A stretch of DNA of 63,781 nt, the filler included, from Klebsormidium nitens (Eukaryota > Plantae > Klebsormidiophyceae), in NCBI GenBank assembly GCA_000708835.1. It is 6 parts of 6 records of this genome, joined end to end, with 100 filler letters (N's around TTAATTAATTAA, not from the genome) between each part and the next. Parts side by side here need not be neighbours in the genome. Positions count along the whole stretch, not along the records: positions 1 to 25,000 come from DF237864.1; positions 25,101 to 36,352 come from DF238136.1; 4 more parts are not named here. One strand, written 5' to 3'. A model generated the notes under the pieces. That model made no database searches. It worked only from the letters and a program-made list of their open reading frames with translations, and was not told the DNA's origin. The stretch's first letter is position 1. Every line of letters starts with the position of its first letter. Position numbers and translations under genes: made by a program. Of this stretch, positions 21,824 to 35,184 are shown one piece after another.

Positions 21824-24800
21824 ATGAGCGGGGCTGCGCCTCCCCCTCTCCCTGCCTCTGAGCCAGCCTCCTCCACTGCTCCCGTGTCCGCTGACCTCAT
21901 GCCGGGGCGCCCCTTCCGCAGTGGGCTGCCCGGAGGGGCCGACCCGGGCCAGTGGCACGAGGAGGACCCTGCAGCGCACCCCGCAGAGGACCCCCCGCAG
22001 GTGAGCCATGCGCGCCCCCCCAGCAGGCTGGCCCGTGCACGCTCCGTGCTGGCCCGCATGCCCGCCCTGCCGGTCTGCCCCCCTGGGTTGTGCTGCCAGG
22101 GCCGGCGCATGCCTGGTGTGCCGCCTCCTCGCTCTCCGCCCGCTCGCTGCCGCTCCCCTCATTGCCTGCCCGCATCCCCGGCTGGGCCTGCGGTGCACTA
22201 CGGGTCCTCCCTGCGAGGGCGCCCCGGTCCGTGAGTGTGCGCTGTGCTGCTGCTGCCCGCTGGGGCTGCCCACTCCCCCTCCCCCCGCCTTGCTCAAGCG
22301 CGGTCCCCCTCTCCCTGGTGCAGGCCCTGGACGGCGAGCAGGTGCAGGCGCGCCTCAAGGTGGCCACCTGGCAGCGCCACACGCAGGTGCCCTTGATCGC
22401 CCCATTGTCAGCAGCATCCGCTGCCGTGCCCCTTCCCGCTCCTGCCCCAGCTGGGCCACACCTGGGCCGCAGCGTGGGCGCCTCGTGCGTGCCCTCCCGC
22501 GCCCCCGCTTTCGCGTGCGGCTGACTGCGCTGACCTGCTGCCTGCTGCCCCTGCTGCAGGAGCCAGCCCCCCACCCCAACGGCGGTCCCCCTGCTGCCCC
22601 CCCCTTGGCGCTGCTCAATGGCGCTCCTGCAGCCCCTGACGGTGGCGGCCTCAGCAATGGGCGAGGGCCGCATGAGAGCTCCCCTAGCACGGCCGAACTG
22701 TCCCCCTCCTCCACTCTCGCCGCCTCCTCCCCGCAGCACCACGGCGCCGACCTGCGCCTCTCCGACCACACGCGGTGCGCACCCGCTCCCCTCGTGCGCT
22801 GCACCAATTGCGCCCCCAGGGACAGCTCTGCTCCCGGCTGCCCCCCACCACGGGCTCAGCCTGGCCTCCCTCTGACTGCCTCTGCTGCGTGTGGCCGTTG
22901 CAGGCGGCTGGCATCCGTGCGGACAGTCGGCGTGCGGGCAGCTCGCCCCCCCGAGGCGGTGACGGCGGCCCTGGCTGAGTGTGAGCGCGCGCTGGCAGCG
23001 GCGCACGTGCGTGAGGCGGAGCTGCAGCGCGAGACGCGCGTCCTGGCCGCACGCCTGGCGCACCTGCGCATGGTCAGCTCCGACCCTGGGAGGTGGCCCC
23101 TCCCCCCTGGCCCTTGCAATAGCCCGGCGCCCCTTGGGCGGGCCTGGCTCGCCGAACTGAACTCTGCCTCTTTTCTGCTTCTTGCTTGCTTCTCTCATGC
23201 ATGCAGTGATGCACTGCGACAACTTGGGGAAGGCCCCCGCTCGCAACCTGTCTTGTCCTTTACGACCTACCCCCTTTTGCCTGCCATCTTGCAAGCCCCC
23301 CGACAGTCCATGCTTGCGCGTGCGTGCAGGCGCACGAGGTGCAGGCGGGCAAGCTGGCGGAGGCGGCCGGGCGCGCGGTGGCGGCGCGGCGTGAGGTGGT
23401 AGTGGAAAATGCTGCGCTGGCCAGCGCGCTGGCGGCGGCGCAGCACAGCACGGCGGTGTATGCGCAGCAGCTCCTCCCGCTGCTCGCGCCGCACGGCCTC
23501 ACGCCGCCGCCGGGCGACCCATCCGCCGTGGCCGCCGCGGTGGCCACCCTCGTGGACCGCCTCGCCTCCGAGATCAACCTGCTGCAGGTACGCGCCGCGC
23601 CGCGCCGCCCCTGCCGCCCCTGCCTTCACCAGATTGGCTCTCTCTGTGTTCAGAGTCTCCTTTCCGCCCATGCAAAAAAGGGTTGGGCAATCCCCTTGTA
23701 GACTCCCAATGCCAACCGCTAGGGTCGCACTGCCATGTCTTGCATCAGCCTCGTCTCTGCGCTGCCGCGCCCTGCACAATCGGAACCGGGCTGCCCTCCT
23801 GACCCTCGTCGATCCACCCACTCGCTGACTGCCTCGAATAAGGATGCACCCCCAACGATCACTTTGACCCGCGCACCTTCTGCAACACCTGCCTCGACCC
23901 CCCTCGGGTGACTCGCCAGGCAGACTGCTGGCGCTGCCCCTTTGGTCCACTGTCCGCCCGTCCCCTCTCTCCTTTTCACGCACTCTGCCACTGCGGCAGC
24001 CTCACATGGCCAGTGCCCCTGTAGCCGCCCCACCCCGTGTTCCCCCAGCCCTAGTTTGCAGCCTGCCTCCTCTTCTTGCCCCCCTGCGCGCTCCCCCCTC
24101 CTCCTCCCTGCGCTCCAGGGGGTGCCCCTCGGCCCCCCTCTCCTCCAAGCAGCCCGTCTCCCTGCTGGATGAACCACGTGTTCCTCTACACTGCCCTCTC
24201 AAACAGTGGCTTCTCTATCCACTTCTGGGCCCTCCTGACGATGTCTCTTGCGGATTTGATCCTTTATGAGTGCACCTCCGTGCTTTGCTCCCTGCTGTCG
24301 ACGACCTGCATATTCTGTGCCAGAAGGGTTTTGCCCAGGCTAACTTCCTTGACGCAAGCGCCGTCTTGTTGTGTCCTTCCTGTCGTCCTTCTCTCTGGCC
24401 CTGTCATGCTTACCCCTTGCTGCTCGCCCGCACCTGAGGCCTGCCTCGTCACCGCTCCCTTGGAGTACACTACTGCTCGTATTCTGCTGCAGCAACCTGA
24501 CATACGACACTGCGACCGTCCTGATGCTGCAGCAGCAGCTGCCTGCTCGCAAAGAGCACAACCCTCCCGATCCCCAATCTTCTTTTTCACGCTGGCTCCT
24601 CCCCCCTCCGGCTGTTCCCTGCAGAAGGTGGTGGCGGGCGGCGGCCCTGTTCTGGAGCAGCGCCTGCACGCCGCTGTCCTGGACGCTGCCGCTCTCCCTG
24701 CGCCCCTCGCCCCGGCCCCCGTGCCGCCGCCCCCCATGCAGGACGTGCGTGGCAGCGCCGACAGCTCCCTCAGCCTCGCCACCGGCATTGGCCCCGCCCC

Positions 24801-25000
24801 CCCTGCGGGTCCCCCCCTCTTTCCTGGTGGCACCTGGTCGCCCCTCCCGCCGGGCGCGCACCCGCCCGCCCAGGCCGCCAGTCAGCCCTCGTCCCCACCC
24901 CCTGCGGAGCTGCGCTCGCCGACCGCGAGCGCTGCCCCGCTGGGGCGGCCCCCTGTGGAGGAGGGGTCCCCCGGGCAGTGGTCCCCCGGGGCGAGCGGCG
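21824..25000 (+). CDS. Spliced coiled-coil/Pro-rich protein similar to Arabidopsis At5g08440/At5g23490; exons 21824-22000, 22324-22386, 22560-22774, 22904-23072, 23330-23587, 24625-gap
   Basis: GT-AG exons stay in frame. ELQRETRVLAARLAHLRMAHEVQ..ENAALASALAAAQ..LLPLLAPHGLTPP.GD recalls the plant family motif RIAYMRLAFDQQ..ENIRLTYALQAAQ..LLPLLAEYSLQPP (from memory). The 3' end lies in a gap. Confidence 0.75.
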
Positions 25001-25100
25001 NNNNNNNNNNNNNNNNNNNNNNNNNNNNNNNNNNNNNNNNNNNNTTAATTAATTAANNNNNNNNNNNNNNNNNNNNNNNNNNNNNNNNNNNNNNNNNNNN

Positions 25101-26435
25101 ATCCTCCGTAAACCCGATGTCCCTCCGCCGCTCGTCCGGACGAGGGGTATGGGGTGTGAACCCATCGGAGCCCCCGGGGGAAGGCGGTGGGTCGGGGGAC
25201 GAGGCCACCTGTCTCTGCAAAGAAGGGGAAAGCTCCCGCGGTCTTGTTTCCGGGGCGTTGTTAACTGCTTGGTTCTGGGGAAAAACTCGAAGCGGTATCG
25301 GCTCTTCTCGGGAGTCAATTGGTTCGGACGGAGAGGTTTCTGTGGGCCCCCCCGTTCGCTGCCTCCCATAATCCTGCCATAGCCGCTCAGTCGTTCTGGG
25401 CCTGGGCATCTGTTCCTGCACTTCTATTCGGATTTCAGGAACGGGAGCGAATTGCTCAGGCGGCTGCACTTCCCCGCGTGTTGGCAGCGGAGAAGAAGCC
25501 TGCTCCGAGTCACTTTTGTTGGGACGAGTCGCCAACGGCTGAGTCTGATTCAAGATCAGCGGCTCCTCGTTCACTTCCCCTTTTATTTTCTGTCTTCTGG
25601 TGAACTCCCTGAACCTTTGGTACTCTTCCCATTCTTCTTCGAAGCCTGAGGAATTTCCACTGGCGGAGTTTGTTCCTTTGGGGCGAATGAGCCCTCCTCC
25701 CGGAATTTCCGGTGGGCTAGGTCCTCTGCGCATCGCCCTTGGGGCTGCCTCGGGGAGCCATCCCTGCAGAGTATACTGTGAATCGGTCTCGCCGGCGAGG
25801 CTTCTGCCTCTAGCTCGGTCTCGGAGACCCCTTTCCTGGAAGAAGGGGACTTCTTCCTCTGCTTCTTCCAGCTGCTCCGCGGCGCGGGGCAGACGGTTCC
25901 TCTGCGTATTCAGATTCCTTGCATTCATTGTTTGGGGGAACCCTGCTGTCTGCTCCAGGCTCCTTGCCGAGCCAGTCAGGGCTTCCCTTAGCACGTTTCC
26001 TCCTGTCTGTTCCTGATTCTCAGGGGCGGAGAGGGCTAGCGCCGCGGTCACGTGCCGTGTTCCGCTCGCTTCGCCAGAGGGGGCCCGCGTCTGGGGCATC
26101 TCCCTGTGGCTTTCTTCATTTGTGGGTTCTTCCTGCTGCAAGGCGAGCCTCTGCTCCCCGGCGCGGATACCCGGGCTATCTTCAGGGGCACCATTAGCAC
26201 CCTGAAGCAAAGTCCCTCTGCGAGTTCTGATTCCAATCAGACTTTCGCTCATGTCCGGCACTCCCTCGTGCGGGGTCATGTTCTCCGTAACTTGCGGAGC
26301 CAGCCTCCTGCTGCTCAGCTTAGCGATGGTCAGCCCAATTCCGCTCTCAATTCGTAAGACGACGGAGGCACTTCGAGTTGAGTAGTCAGCTCCTTCCTGC
26401 AGTCTTGGCCAGGCGTGCACTTGGCGGCACTTCAC
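25101..26435 (-). CDS. Long low-complexity ORF, probably the N-terminal gag/ORF1 of a retroelement (3' end in gap)
   Basis: About 445 codons open, rich in P/E/R/S and intronless. A PBS-like TGGTATTAGAAC lies ~330 bp upstream at 26762-26774. No catalytic domain is visible. Confidence 0.45.
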
Positions 26436-29400
26436 TCCCGTGAATCAGCTCTTCTTCGTGACCCTCTCTGGGGACTTCACGAAAGGCACTTCAATTCCGG
26501 AGCAGCCCTGTCCTGTGACCCTGGAGGCGAGACCTGCAGAGGCAATTCAACACTCACAAACAGCCTTATTCCCGTGATGCAGACGGAGTTTTGCGGAGGC
26601 TCGTTCAACCTTTCGATTTTCTGGTGGCTTTCAAGTTTTCCTTCTACCGCAAACTTTCTCTGCGGGAGGGGGCTGGGTGACCCCTTTCTCTTGTCTCTCT
26701 CTTCGGGGAGAGTACTTCCAGGTGCACCCTTCCGTTCGAAGGAGCTCTCCAGGAGTTTCAAAGTTCTAATACCAAAAGTAAAATTCACTTGCACAGATAA
26801 GAATGTTGTGGTTGCACTCTCCGTTGCAACTTTCCTGTAGCTTCTTTGTAAGGGCTCAGCCTTCTCCGGAGCTTGTAGTGGAGCTCAGGGAGACAAGGGA
26901 GCACCTTTCCAGTGGTCTTCTTTCACAAAGGACATGTTCTCCTACTGATACTAAAGAACACCCCCCTCCGGCCACTGCCCACTCTCGGGGTTTAGGTGCC
27001 ACGTGGCAGGGGCGATCGAGTTTCGGCGCACCAGCGCGCGCAGAGCGACGCGGCCAGCTTAAGGCCTGCGTGCTCGGCGGCGGTAAGTCGTCTACGCAGC
27101 GGAATTTGTAAGCGTAGCGTGCCTTTCAGGCCACAGCTCTCCGGAATCTAGTAGCTCTCAGCAAATGCACAAGTGTTCCATACCACTTGCTCTTAGCAGC
27201 TTTTAGGCTGCAAGTTCATATGCGAAGCTTTCATTCATCCAATCACTCACACAAGCAATGCGCTTACAAACTTGTGCTCGGGGAGGCACATCTCATGTCG
27301 TACCATCATAAGGGTAGTTCCCTGATCATGGCCATGAGCATTCTTCCTGCGGAGACTGTGCGCAGAGACAGAAGTCACGCAACACTCGTGCAATGAGGGG
27401 GCAACAATACCTGAGATATCACAAAGCGTCCCAGGTGCCTTAAAGCCACACAGAATGTCTTCGTGCTTACACAGCGCACTAGCCCCTGGGGCTGTGCAGC
27501 TGCGGATCCCCTGTTCCTGCTCTGCTAGCGCCTCTGCGCTCTATTCCAAAAGCTAAGAAACCTGAAAACACAAGGAATGAACTAAAGTTTTGCAAAGTTT
27601 CTAACTTCTATCGATTCTGGCCGAAGTGTTATGCGGCCTTTCCCCAAGTCTAAAGGACCCTTATTTATGTATGACTGGGTCGCCGGGACTCGTGGAAGGC
27701 TCGATCCGGAAGGAGGCCCCGTAGAGAACCTGCACGATAGACCAAGCAAGTCTTAGCGCAGGTTCTCAATGAGATATCGAGTTCCTTTGCCCAGTCACAT
27801 TACTAATGCGGAGAGCTAACTTCTCTCCCCGCGAGGCCGTTCGACTTGTATCTACTAACGGTCGGATTTCTGCCTATCGATCTACGGTACTCTAATACTA
27901 AGTAAGCATCGTGCGGCTCTCCGGAGTCGCACGTGGTCACTAACGACTCCCGGTGCTAAACCCTGAAGGACGGAGACTCCGCATTCAGGAAGTCAAACTT
28001 GTACCGCGCCGCGGCTTAGCGCGCACACCTGTCCCTGCAACAGCAAGTGTCTGCATGCCACGTGTCACAATCTTATACGCGCGCAACCGTGGTGGGACTT
28101 CCGCAGAGGGCGGGAGTATTCAGAGAGCACACCAACCTTGTGCCAAGGTCGGACCTATGGTCCGCCAATGTCAAATCAAGGATGTTCAATGATCGTACAT
28201 CATAGATTGTCCAAGATCGACGGCCAATTAGGTTGAGCCGATGCTCCGGGACATATAGACCTATGATAGGATCCGAGATCTACACAAATCATTGTCAATT
28301 ATCTCGGACGGCCTATGGTCGACCAATTATAGACCTTTTCAAAAGAATTTTCCCGACGTGGTATCTCGAAGTATATTTGACGCTTCGTGGAGGATTTGAC
28401 AAGCTTGAAACATTATATTTGAACCGTTGAAGATATTCAACAATCCATGCACTTCTACTAAATATGAGACATTAGTGTTCACAATGTTTGCAATAGTCGA
28501 CAATCTTTTATCGATATCATGTTGAATGTGCCGAACTTCCCAAACATGACCGCACATTATTAGATTTTTGTATTGATCCAACTCGTGCATGATATAAATC
28601 TATTTTACTATGTAGATACTTACATCTGATGATTGGACGAGATGCTCACGTATAAACCCAATTGATTTGTATTTGATGACTTTGCCAAATGATTAAGCAT
28701 ATTCAGTACATAGGTACGTACATCAGTAACATGTGCGCCGGAACATTGTGCAAGTTTTCCAACCTTCAAAGATGCTCCATCAAACATCATTAATTGTCTA
28801 ACTGAGCCTCAAGATGTTAGATCCAACTCAGTAAGGAATACGTAGCTTCATTCGAGTGGTTTGTACAAGCTTCAAACGGCCCTTCAAACCTATCCAAAAA
28901 AAACCATTCCTTGTTGAAAAAATCCGGGTTTTGGGGTTCACATTTGGCAGCATTTTCGGGATTTTGTGAGTCGGATATGAGGGACTTTATATTGGAGTCC
29001 TGGCCCCCGGGCCCCGGGGCAAATTTTCGGGGTTTGTATCGAGAAAACCAGTGCGTTTTCGGGATTCGAGGGGCTCCACAGCTTCCACCGATTTCTGAGA
29101 ATTTGCCCGAGGATTGGGCGCGTTTTCGAAGTTTTAGGGTTTCAAGGGTATTAGGGTTGCAAGCCTTTCAATCGTAGCTGTGGTCAAGAGTCAAAATCCC
29201 GGGATTATGATCAGGAAACAAGTGGTTTCCGGGGTGTCAAGGTTCACCGGGCTCCACCCGTCGCTCTCAGTTACTGGCAGAAAGTCGGGTTTTATCATTT
29301 ATGTACGATAATACTTTTCGTGGTTCGTGATTATAACTGTTGGTCACGAACCGATTTTTGAAGCTTTTCGAGCATATTCGGCTAAGAAGCTGTCAGATGA

Positions 29401-29726
29401 GACGAAATAATCTGTCATATTCTCCACAAAAATGGTCAAAATTGGCCCAGAAAACCAATGTAAAATAAATAAACGGAAGGCCCTGAAAGGCTTTTTCGAA
29501 AATATGTTATGTCGGTTTTTCGAAAAAATCTAAAATCCGGGTCGGTCGCGGACCGGAAACCCCGTATCAACTTCGCGTAGCCTAATGGAATTGAGCCTTA
29601 CCTGAAGGAAGTCCACAGAGTGTACCATTTTTGGAATATCAGGCCGCCATTGATAGTTGGGGTACTTTATCGATCAGAGGGGCGAGTCCGGCCAGTAGGT
29701 GTGCCCAGAGGGTAGCACAAGAGGGG

Positions 29727-30201
29727 ATGGGGCGGTGTGGCCGACACGCCTATTATTGTATTATGACAATAGAGCCGAGATGAGTAGGCTAGATGTGGTT
29801 TAGCGCAACAGCTGTCATGCTGGATTGTGTCGAGTCGGAAGTTATCTGGCACTAGTTGTTGAGTGGTGACAAACTAGGGTAGGCAGGCTAGGCTGTAGCT
29901 CAGTGCACCATGTGAGACAGTAAGAAGAAAGCTAGGCTTCATTCTTTCTTGTATTCAGACAAAACTTTGATATGGGGCGGCAATCTTGAGCCCATGCGGA
30001 ACTGTACGATGGTTAGAAGTCAGTCTCAACCCAATTACTATGGGTGGCGTGACATGTGAAGTGTGAATAGCGGATGCACATGCGGCTCTGAATTCGGTGG
30101 TGCGCTGTGAGCGCAGCTGAGGCAAGCATTACATGGGGCGGTGTGGCCGACACGCCCATTATGACAATAGAGCCGAGATGAGTAGGCTAGATGTGGTTTA
30201 G
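29727..30201 (+). repeat. ~70-bp dispersed direct repeat (29727-29803 and 30133-30201)
   Basis: atggggcggtgtggccgacacgcc..ttatgacaatagagccgagatgagtaggctagatgtggtttag occurs twice, ~400 bp apart. Confidence 0.85.
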
Positions 30202-31833
30202 TGCGACAAAGATACATGGCATTTCATGTCACTCATATGCATTATACGCATCATCTGTGATCCCTCCCCCCTACTGGGCGAATGTGTCGAATGTTCCTAG
30301 GTTACACCCGCTTTCGTCGGAATATCTGAGTCGAGTCTAGACCCGAAGTCGAGTCGCTACGGTCTAGGGTGTCGCGCGAAGTCTTCACTAGTACGCAGAG
30401 TCTACATCTGGCCTATGAAGTCTACCCATCTGTCGAGTCGATGTCGTCATAACCGCCGTGAGCTGGCCGAAATATGTGGCTGCACGCTTGAAATATAATC
30501 GTAAAGGCCGCGCGCAACTATCAAGCGCACGCCTGTCAAATGATATGCAGCGTTCTGAAGCTCAGGCTCTGGAAAGATCACCCTAGATTCTAGAGCGGCA
30601 GGCTTAAACTAGATGTGGGGAATAAACTAGCTTAGGGCCGAGCCCTTACAGCAACGATATATATCACGGCATGACACCCCCGGTAGAGTTCGCAACCGGC
30701 ACCTTGGTTGCTAATTTCCACTTCAATATTATAATTTCTTCAACTTCAAATTTACAACTGAGTCAACTCCAATAAAGTTACATTTGCAATCCTCCACAAT
30801 TGAACGATGCCATACTAGAATGACACGCGGTCATTCAATTTCTCAACAGTCCAGCTAGAGCCTAGAAGGTTGCATTAATTGCATAGTGACAAGAGCCAAC
30901 CTTTCATTAGCCCTTCGGTTACATGCAAGCGATTGATCACCTTTGTACTTGAAGCTAGACTTTGGTCGAGCGTCAATCGGCCGGTTCGGATCCTGCCATG
31001 CACACATGACTGGCTTCGTCGACAAATCAATTCAGAGCCATTGCATCCTTCATATACGTACACCGGCCATAGACCTGGTCCGACCCCGTAGCACCGCGTT
31101 GCTGGTACGGTCCGGCCTTAAAGATAATTGCCTACTATATGGCTTAATACCAACTTACTTGCCACGTTTTATGTTCAGTTACGTTTTACCTTGTTTTACC
31201 AGTTTCACGCAGTTTGAAAAAATGGGTGCAGCGCAGCCATGGCTCTGAGGTTAGTCACTGCTATGGCGCAGCTCACAGGCTAGTTATGCAATTTTGGATT
31301 CCGCGACACCGTCGCGACGGCCTGGCAGTCGATCGTTGGCCAACCGTTGGCCAACAACATTGCAACAACGTTGCAACGCTCGGCACCGGCAACACTGAAA
31401 AGTACAATTTCGACATTGGAATCTCATACGTGACGAATAAACCGCCCGCCGGGTCACAATCGTCAAACCACTAAGCTTACATTGTAGACACGACATTTTG
31501 TTGTCGAAGCATGTATTGACACTAGTACCATTTCAAATTGTCAAACTGAAACTTGAACACTCTGCTCTAAATTGCAGTATGTCACTTACAGGCACCTTAG
31601 GGACTGTTTCTTCGAGCGACGGTGAAACGCCGTGAAAAATCTTTTGTTGCCCCTATTTAGGGGCAGATTACTTTGTGAGCGCTAAGTGTCTCGACACTTT
31701 TCGGAGTGTCGCAAAGTTGTTGGCCGACGGTCGGGCAATTAACCGTTAGCCAAGGGTTGCCCGACCGTCGCCGCGCAAACCTAGGGTCCGCGCGTATAAC
31801 CAGCCTGTGTTATCATATATGGCACGGCCCTAA

Positions 31834-32472
31834 GGGTACCGTCACTTTGAGTGGCACCCGGTTAGGTATTTTAGAGGCACTTTGGCTGGACTTGGTCTCA
31901 AGCCCCCCCCCGGCCCCCTCCCGGCCTTGCCTTCACAGAAAAAATCAAGGCCCCGGTCCAAATGATCACCACCGTCCCGGGCAAACTTTTTGGACAAAAG
32001 CACCGTCGTATGCATGGACTCGCCCCTTTTTAAAGTCGAAAAGTGTTTTTCTGTTGAATTCATGCATGGGCAATGGTCTAGAAGCACTGACCCGTGCGCT
32101 AAAAGACGTAAAATCAGCATATTGAAGCATGTTCTTCACCCGTTCTTCAGCTGAATGGCTGGGGCTTCGACCCAAGCCAAAGGCCTCATGNNNNNNNNNN
32201 NNNNNNNNNNNNNNNNNNNNNNNNNNNNNNNNNNNNNNNNNNNNNNNNNNNNNNNNNNNNNNNNNNNNNNNNNNNNNNNNNNNNNNNNNNNNNNNNNNNN
32301 NNNNNNNNNNNNNNNNNNNNNNNNNNNNNNNNNNNNNNNNNNNNNNNNNNNNNNNNNNGCCAAAGGCCTCATGAGCCCACCCCCCCCTCCCACCTTCGAT
32401 TGGCTGAAGCAACCCAAGCCCCCCCCCCAAACAGAATACCTAACGGGGTGCCACTTCAAAGTGACGGCACCC
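31834..32472. mobile_element. MITE with ~38-bp TIRs starting GGG (PIF/Harbinger-like); contains a gap
   Basis: gggtaccgtcactttgagtggcacccggttaggtatt versus aatacctaacggggtgccacttcaaagtgacggcaccc. Flanks are TAA/TTT, so the TSD is imperfect. Confidence 0.7.
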
Positions 32473-34827
32473 TTTAAATGAGTCCGATGATTCATACTAT
32501 CGGTGCCCCGCGGCCGAGAGCGTGCCGGAGTACCGTCCATATGGCACTGGAATGATCTTTGGTGCGAATGATCATTCATGGCTGATCACTTGGCATGCAA
32601 CTTGACTGAACGTCACGTGATATGCGCGCGGCTGGATCAAGCTCAAAGTACTGTACTTTTACATGTACACTGTCCACTAAGCACAGCTAGCTGGCAGCTA
32701 CTTCTAGCGGGCATGCATGCGGCTGCGCGCGCGCACGCATGCAATTTCCATGGATTTGCCAGCATTACAACTTGCTAGTTGTCTTGAAGGCTGCACAATC
32801 GTTTCTGAGTATCGCTATCTCAAAGTACGTCAATACCTGGCAACATATGTGGTGTTGTGATCAAACTTATCTTGGAAAAATGTTCGCCATGTAAGATCCC
32901 AAACAATCTGATCTATCAGGCTAGCAGACAAGGCTTAAAGTGCTAGAACTCGGAATCTAAGTATGCTCGAGACGAATCCTAGCACGAATCTGAATAATTC
33001 GAGCCTCCCGGCTCCTCAAGAATCTAGACCTGAGTGTTCTACTATGTAGAACTAGTAAATCAACTCATGTGACCGCTGAGATTCTCATGAGATGGTTAAC
33101 CATAAAGGTGGCAAGCCAAGTTAGGAGGGGAGCTGGAGCTGGTTGCCCATCTTGCGGATCACCTACTCGATACTCCAAAATACAGGTTGTTTCACTACCT
33201 TCAAGCGCGAGTCTTATACGGGGTAGTCTCGTGCCTTTGGCTCAGGAAGTCGGAAGAAAACAAACGTCAATGTTGAACTTGGCACCACTGATTTGGTTCT
33301 CCATTTGTTCCGTTTATTTCCCGAAGTTCAAGAAGAGGCAAGCCACTTGTGGAATCACAATTGTTCCACTTGCGATCCTCATCAGAACAATCCTGATCCA
33401 ACTCCCTATGCCACCTTTTGAAAGGTCTAGGATTATCCAATGAAGGACATCACATGATCTGAGCATTACGCACGTACACAGAGTCAACCATCCTGTGCAG
33501 AGAGCGTCACGAAGTGAGAGCAGGCTCCTGCAAATCCCTGCAAATCCCGACTTCTGAGGTGGATAGAGATTCAGGCCCGGCATGTTTTTGTCCCACTCAG
33601 AATCTTGATAATTTCAGGGCATACACGGCTCCCCAATTGCCCAAACGATCATAAAGTGCGTGCTACAGAGACAGTATGTTAGCCCTATCATGACCAATCA
33701 GAGAACAGCTTCAGGCATCCAGCTTTTTCATTGTATGGGGTCCGTTCACTTTCTTCGTAAGCATGAGTTCAAAATATACAAATCAGGATCAGGGGAACAA
33801 AGAGGAATGAGCTCACCGGCCTGCGTGTCGGAAGAAGTGGTTGCGATAAAGAAGTTCAGCAACCTTGGAATATCTGCGAGGTGCAACCCAAGCGTAGATA
33901 GGTATGACAAAGTATAACTATATACTGCAAAAAGCCATAAAGGAGCAACAGGTATCTGGGCAAACCATAGTGCTTGAAGAACCGCATGTTCTTTACAGTT
34001 TTCATCTACCTTCCGGATCAATGGTCCACAAACTTGAGAAAACATGAGCAGCTAATTCGTCTTGATAAATCGGGCTCACTGTGCTCAAAGGAAGATGTAG
34101 TCGATAAGTCGATCATGTCTGGCCGTTTCAACAACCCATGCTTGCACATTCCACTCATCAAATGGGAAACACCTGTAACACGATGAAAAAGGTGAATGCC
34201 CTCTAGCTGTGGATTTTGCTCCAAACGAGAAATGTCTTGTCAAGCTTCGTTAATCCTTGCAAGGTAGATGACTTTCTGTATTCGAGTAGTCTCTGGCCAT
34301 AACATGGTGTTGAAAATCTCGTCTGGATTGAAATATCCGGGCTCTAAGACAACAGAAATTGCATCATGGACACTCAGCACCTGTTCCCAAAAGTGTGTAT
34401 AAATAGAGGATGATCAGAAACTTCCAATCCCAATTGATGCATGCATGGTAAGGCCAGTGGCTACAACGGCCAAGAGGGAAGTCGGAGAACTTCTGCGGTC
34501 TTTTTGTCGTTGAAGAAGTGTTTGATATTCTGCCAAAAGGGTTGCAATGAGCAGTTGAAGGAGGCAAACTTCCTAGGTCGGTTCATTTCTGAGACCATAG
34601 GAGCCAGCATGATCAGGTTGTCAACTGAAGAGATCTAATGTACCAAGCAACTAGAAGTGGTGGCACCTGAGACAGTAGCGCACCTCGTGATGCGCAAATC
34701 TCTCACCGCACCAAGCCAAAAGATGGGCTTGGAATCATAATTTATATTCAGCTATCCAGGGTTCAAAGCTCCCCAGTTTTGCAAAATGGAAAGGCTTGTG
34801 AATAAAGATGACCGGGGAATCACTTCC

Positions 34828-35184
34828 TCACCTCAAAGCATGAAGCTCAGCCCCCTCGACATCCAATGAGACAAAGTCTATCCTTGAAACACCGTGCTCT
34901 CTCAGAACAGAATCTAGTTGCCTGCACCTCACGGTTATTGTCTCTGAGCTGTTTGCTCCAAGCTGCACCACATGTGCATCCTGATCTGAAGCACCGACGA
35001 CAAAGCCAACGTCTACATTGTCCTTCACATGGACACAATGAGGAATAAGCGTACACGAGCGATTGGTAAATGGCGGAGCCTTATCTGGATTTGGCTCCCA
35101 GCACAAACCTTTCCACCCCAAGCATTTGTCGAAGAAAAGCGTATTTGAATGGGCGAAAGCATCATTCGCACCAATGTCGACGTC
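34828..35184 (-). pseudogene. FkbM-family (Methyltransf_21) SAM-dependent methyltransferase, 5'-truncated exon
   Basis: VDIGANDA, LGWKGLCWEPNP, TVRCRQLDSVL..IDFVSLDVEGAEL are FkbM motifs. It ends at a GTGAG donor-like site; downstream 33.0-34.6 kb holds decayed frames. Confidence 0.8.

Noticed and set aside
21746-24861. Many long overlapping ORFs on both strands (e.g. 21897-23294, 22008-23402)
   Set aside because: Stop-poor GC-rich sequence; explained by the spliced plus-strand gene and its introns.
25045-25056. TTAATTAATTAA palindromes inside N-runs (also 36397, 46677, 54614, 62541)
   Set aside because: Identical all-frame-stop spacer centred in fixed-size gaps; an assembly artefact, which also weakens adjacency across these gaps.
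27672-27797. TGACTGGG..CCCAGTCA inverted termini
   Set aside because: Only 8 bp and no TSD; could be chance.
30230-30600. Possible solo LTR sharing GTTACACCCG/TAACCGCCGT motifs with the Copia LTRs
   Set aside because: No definable termini or TSD.
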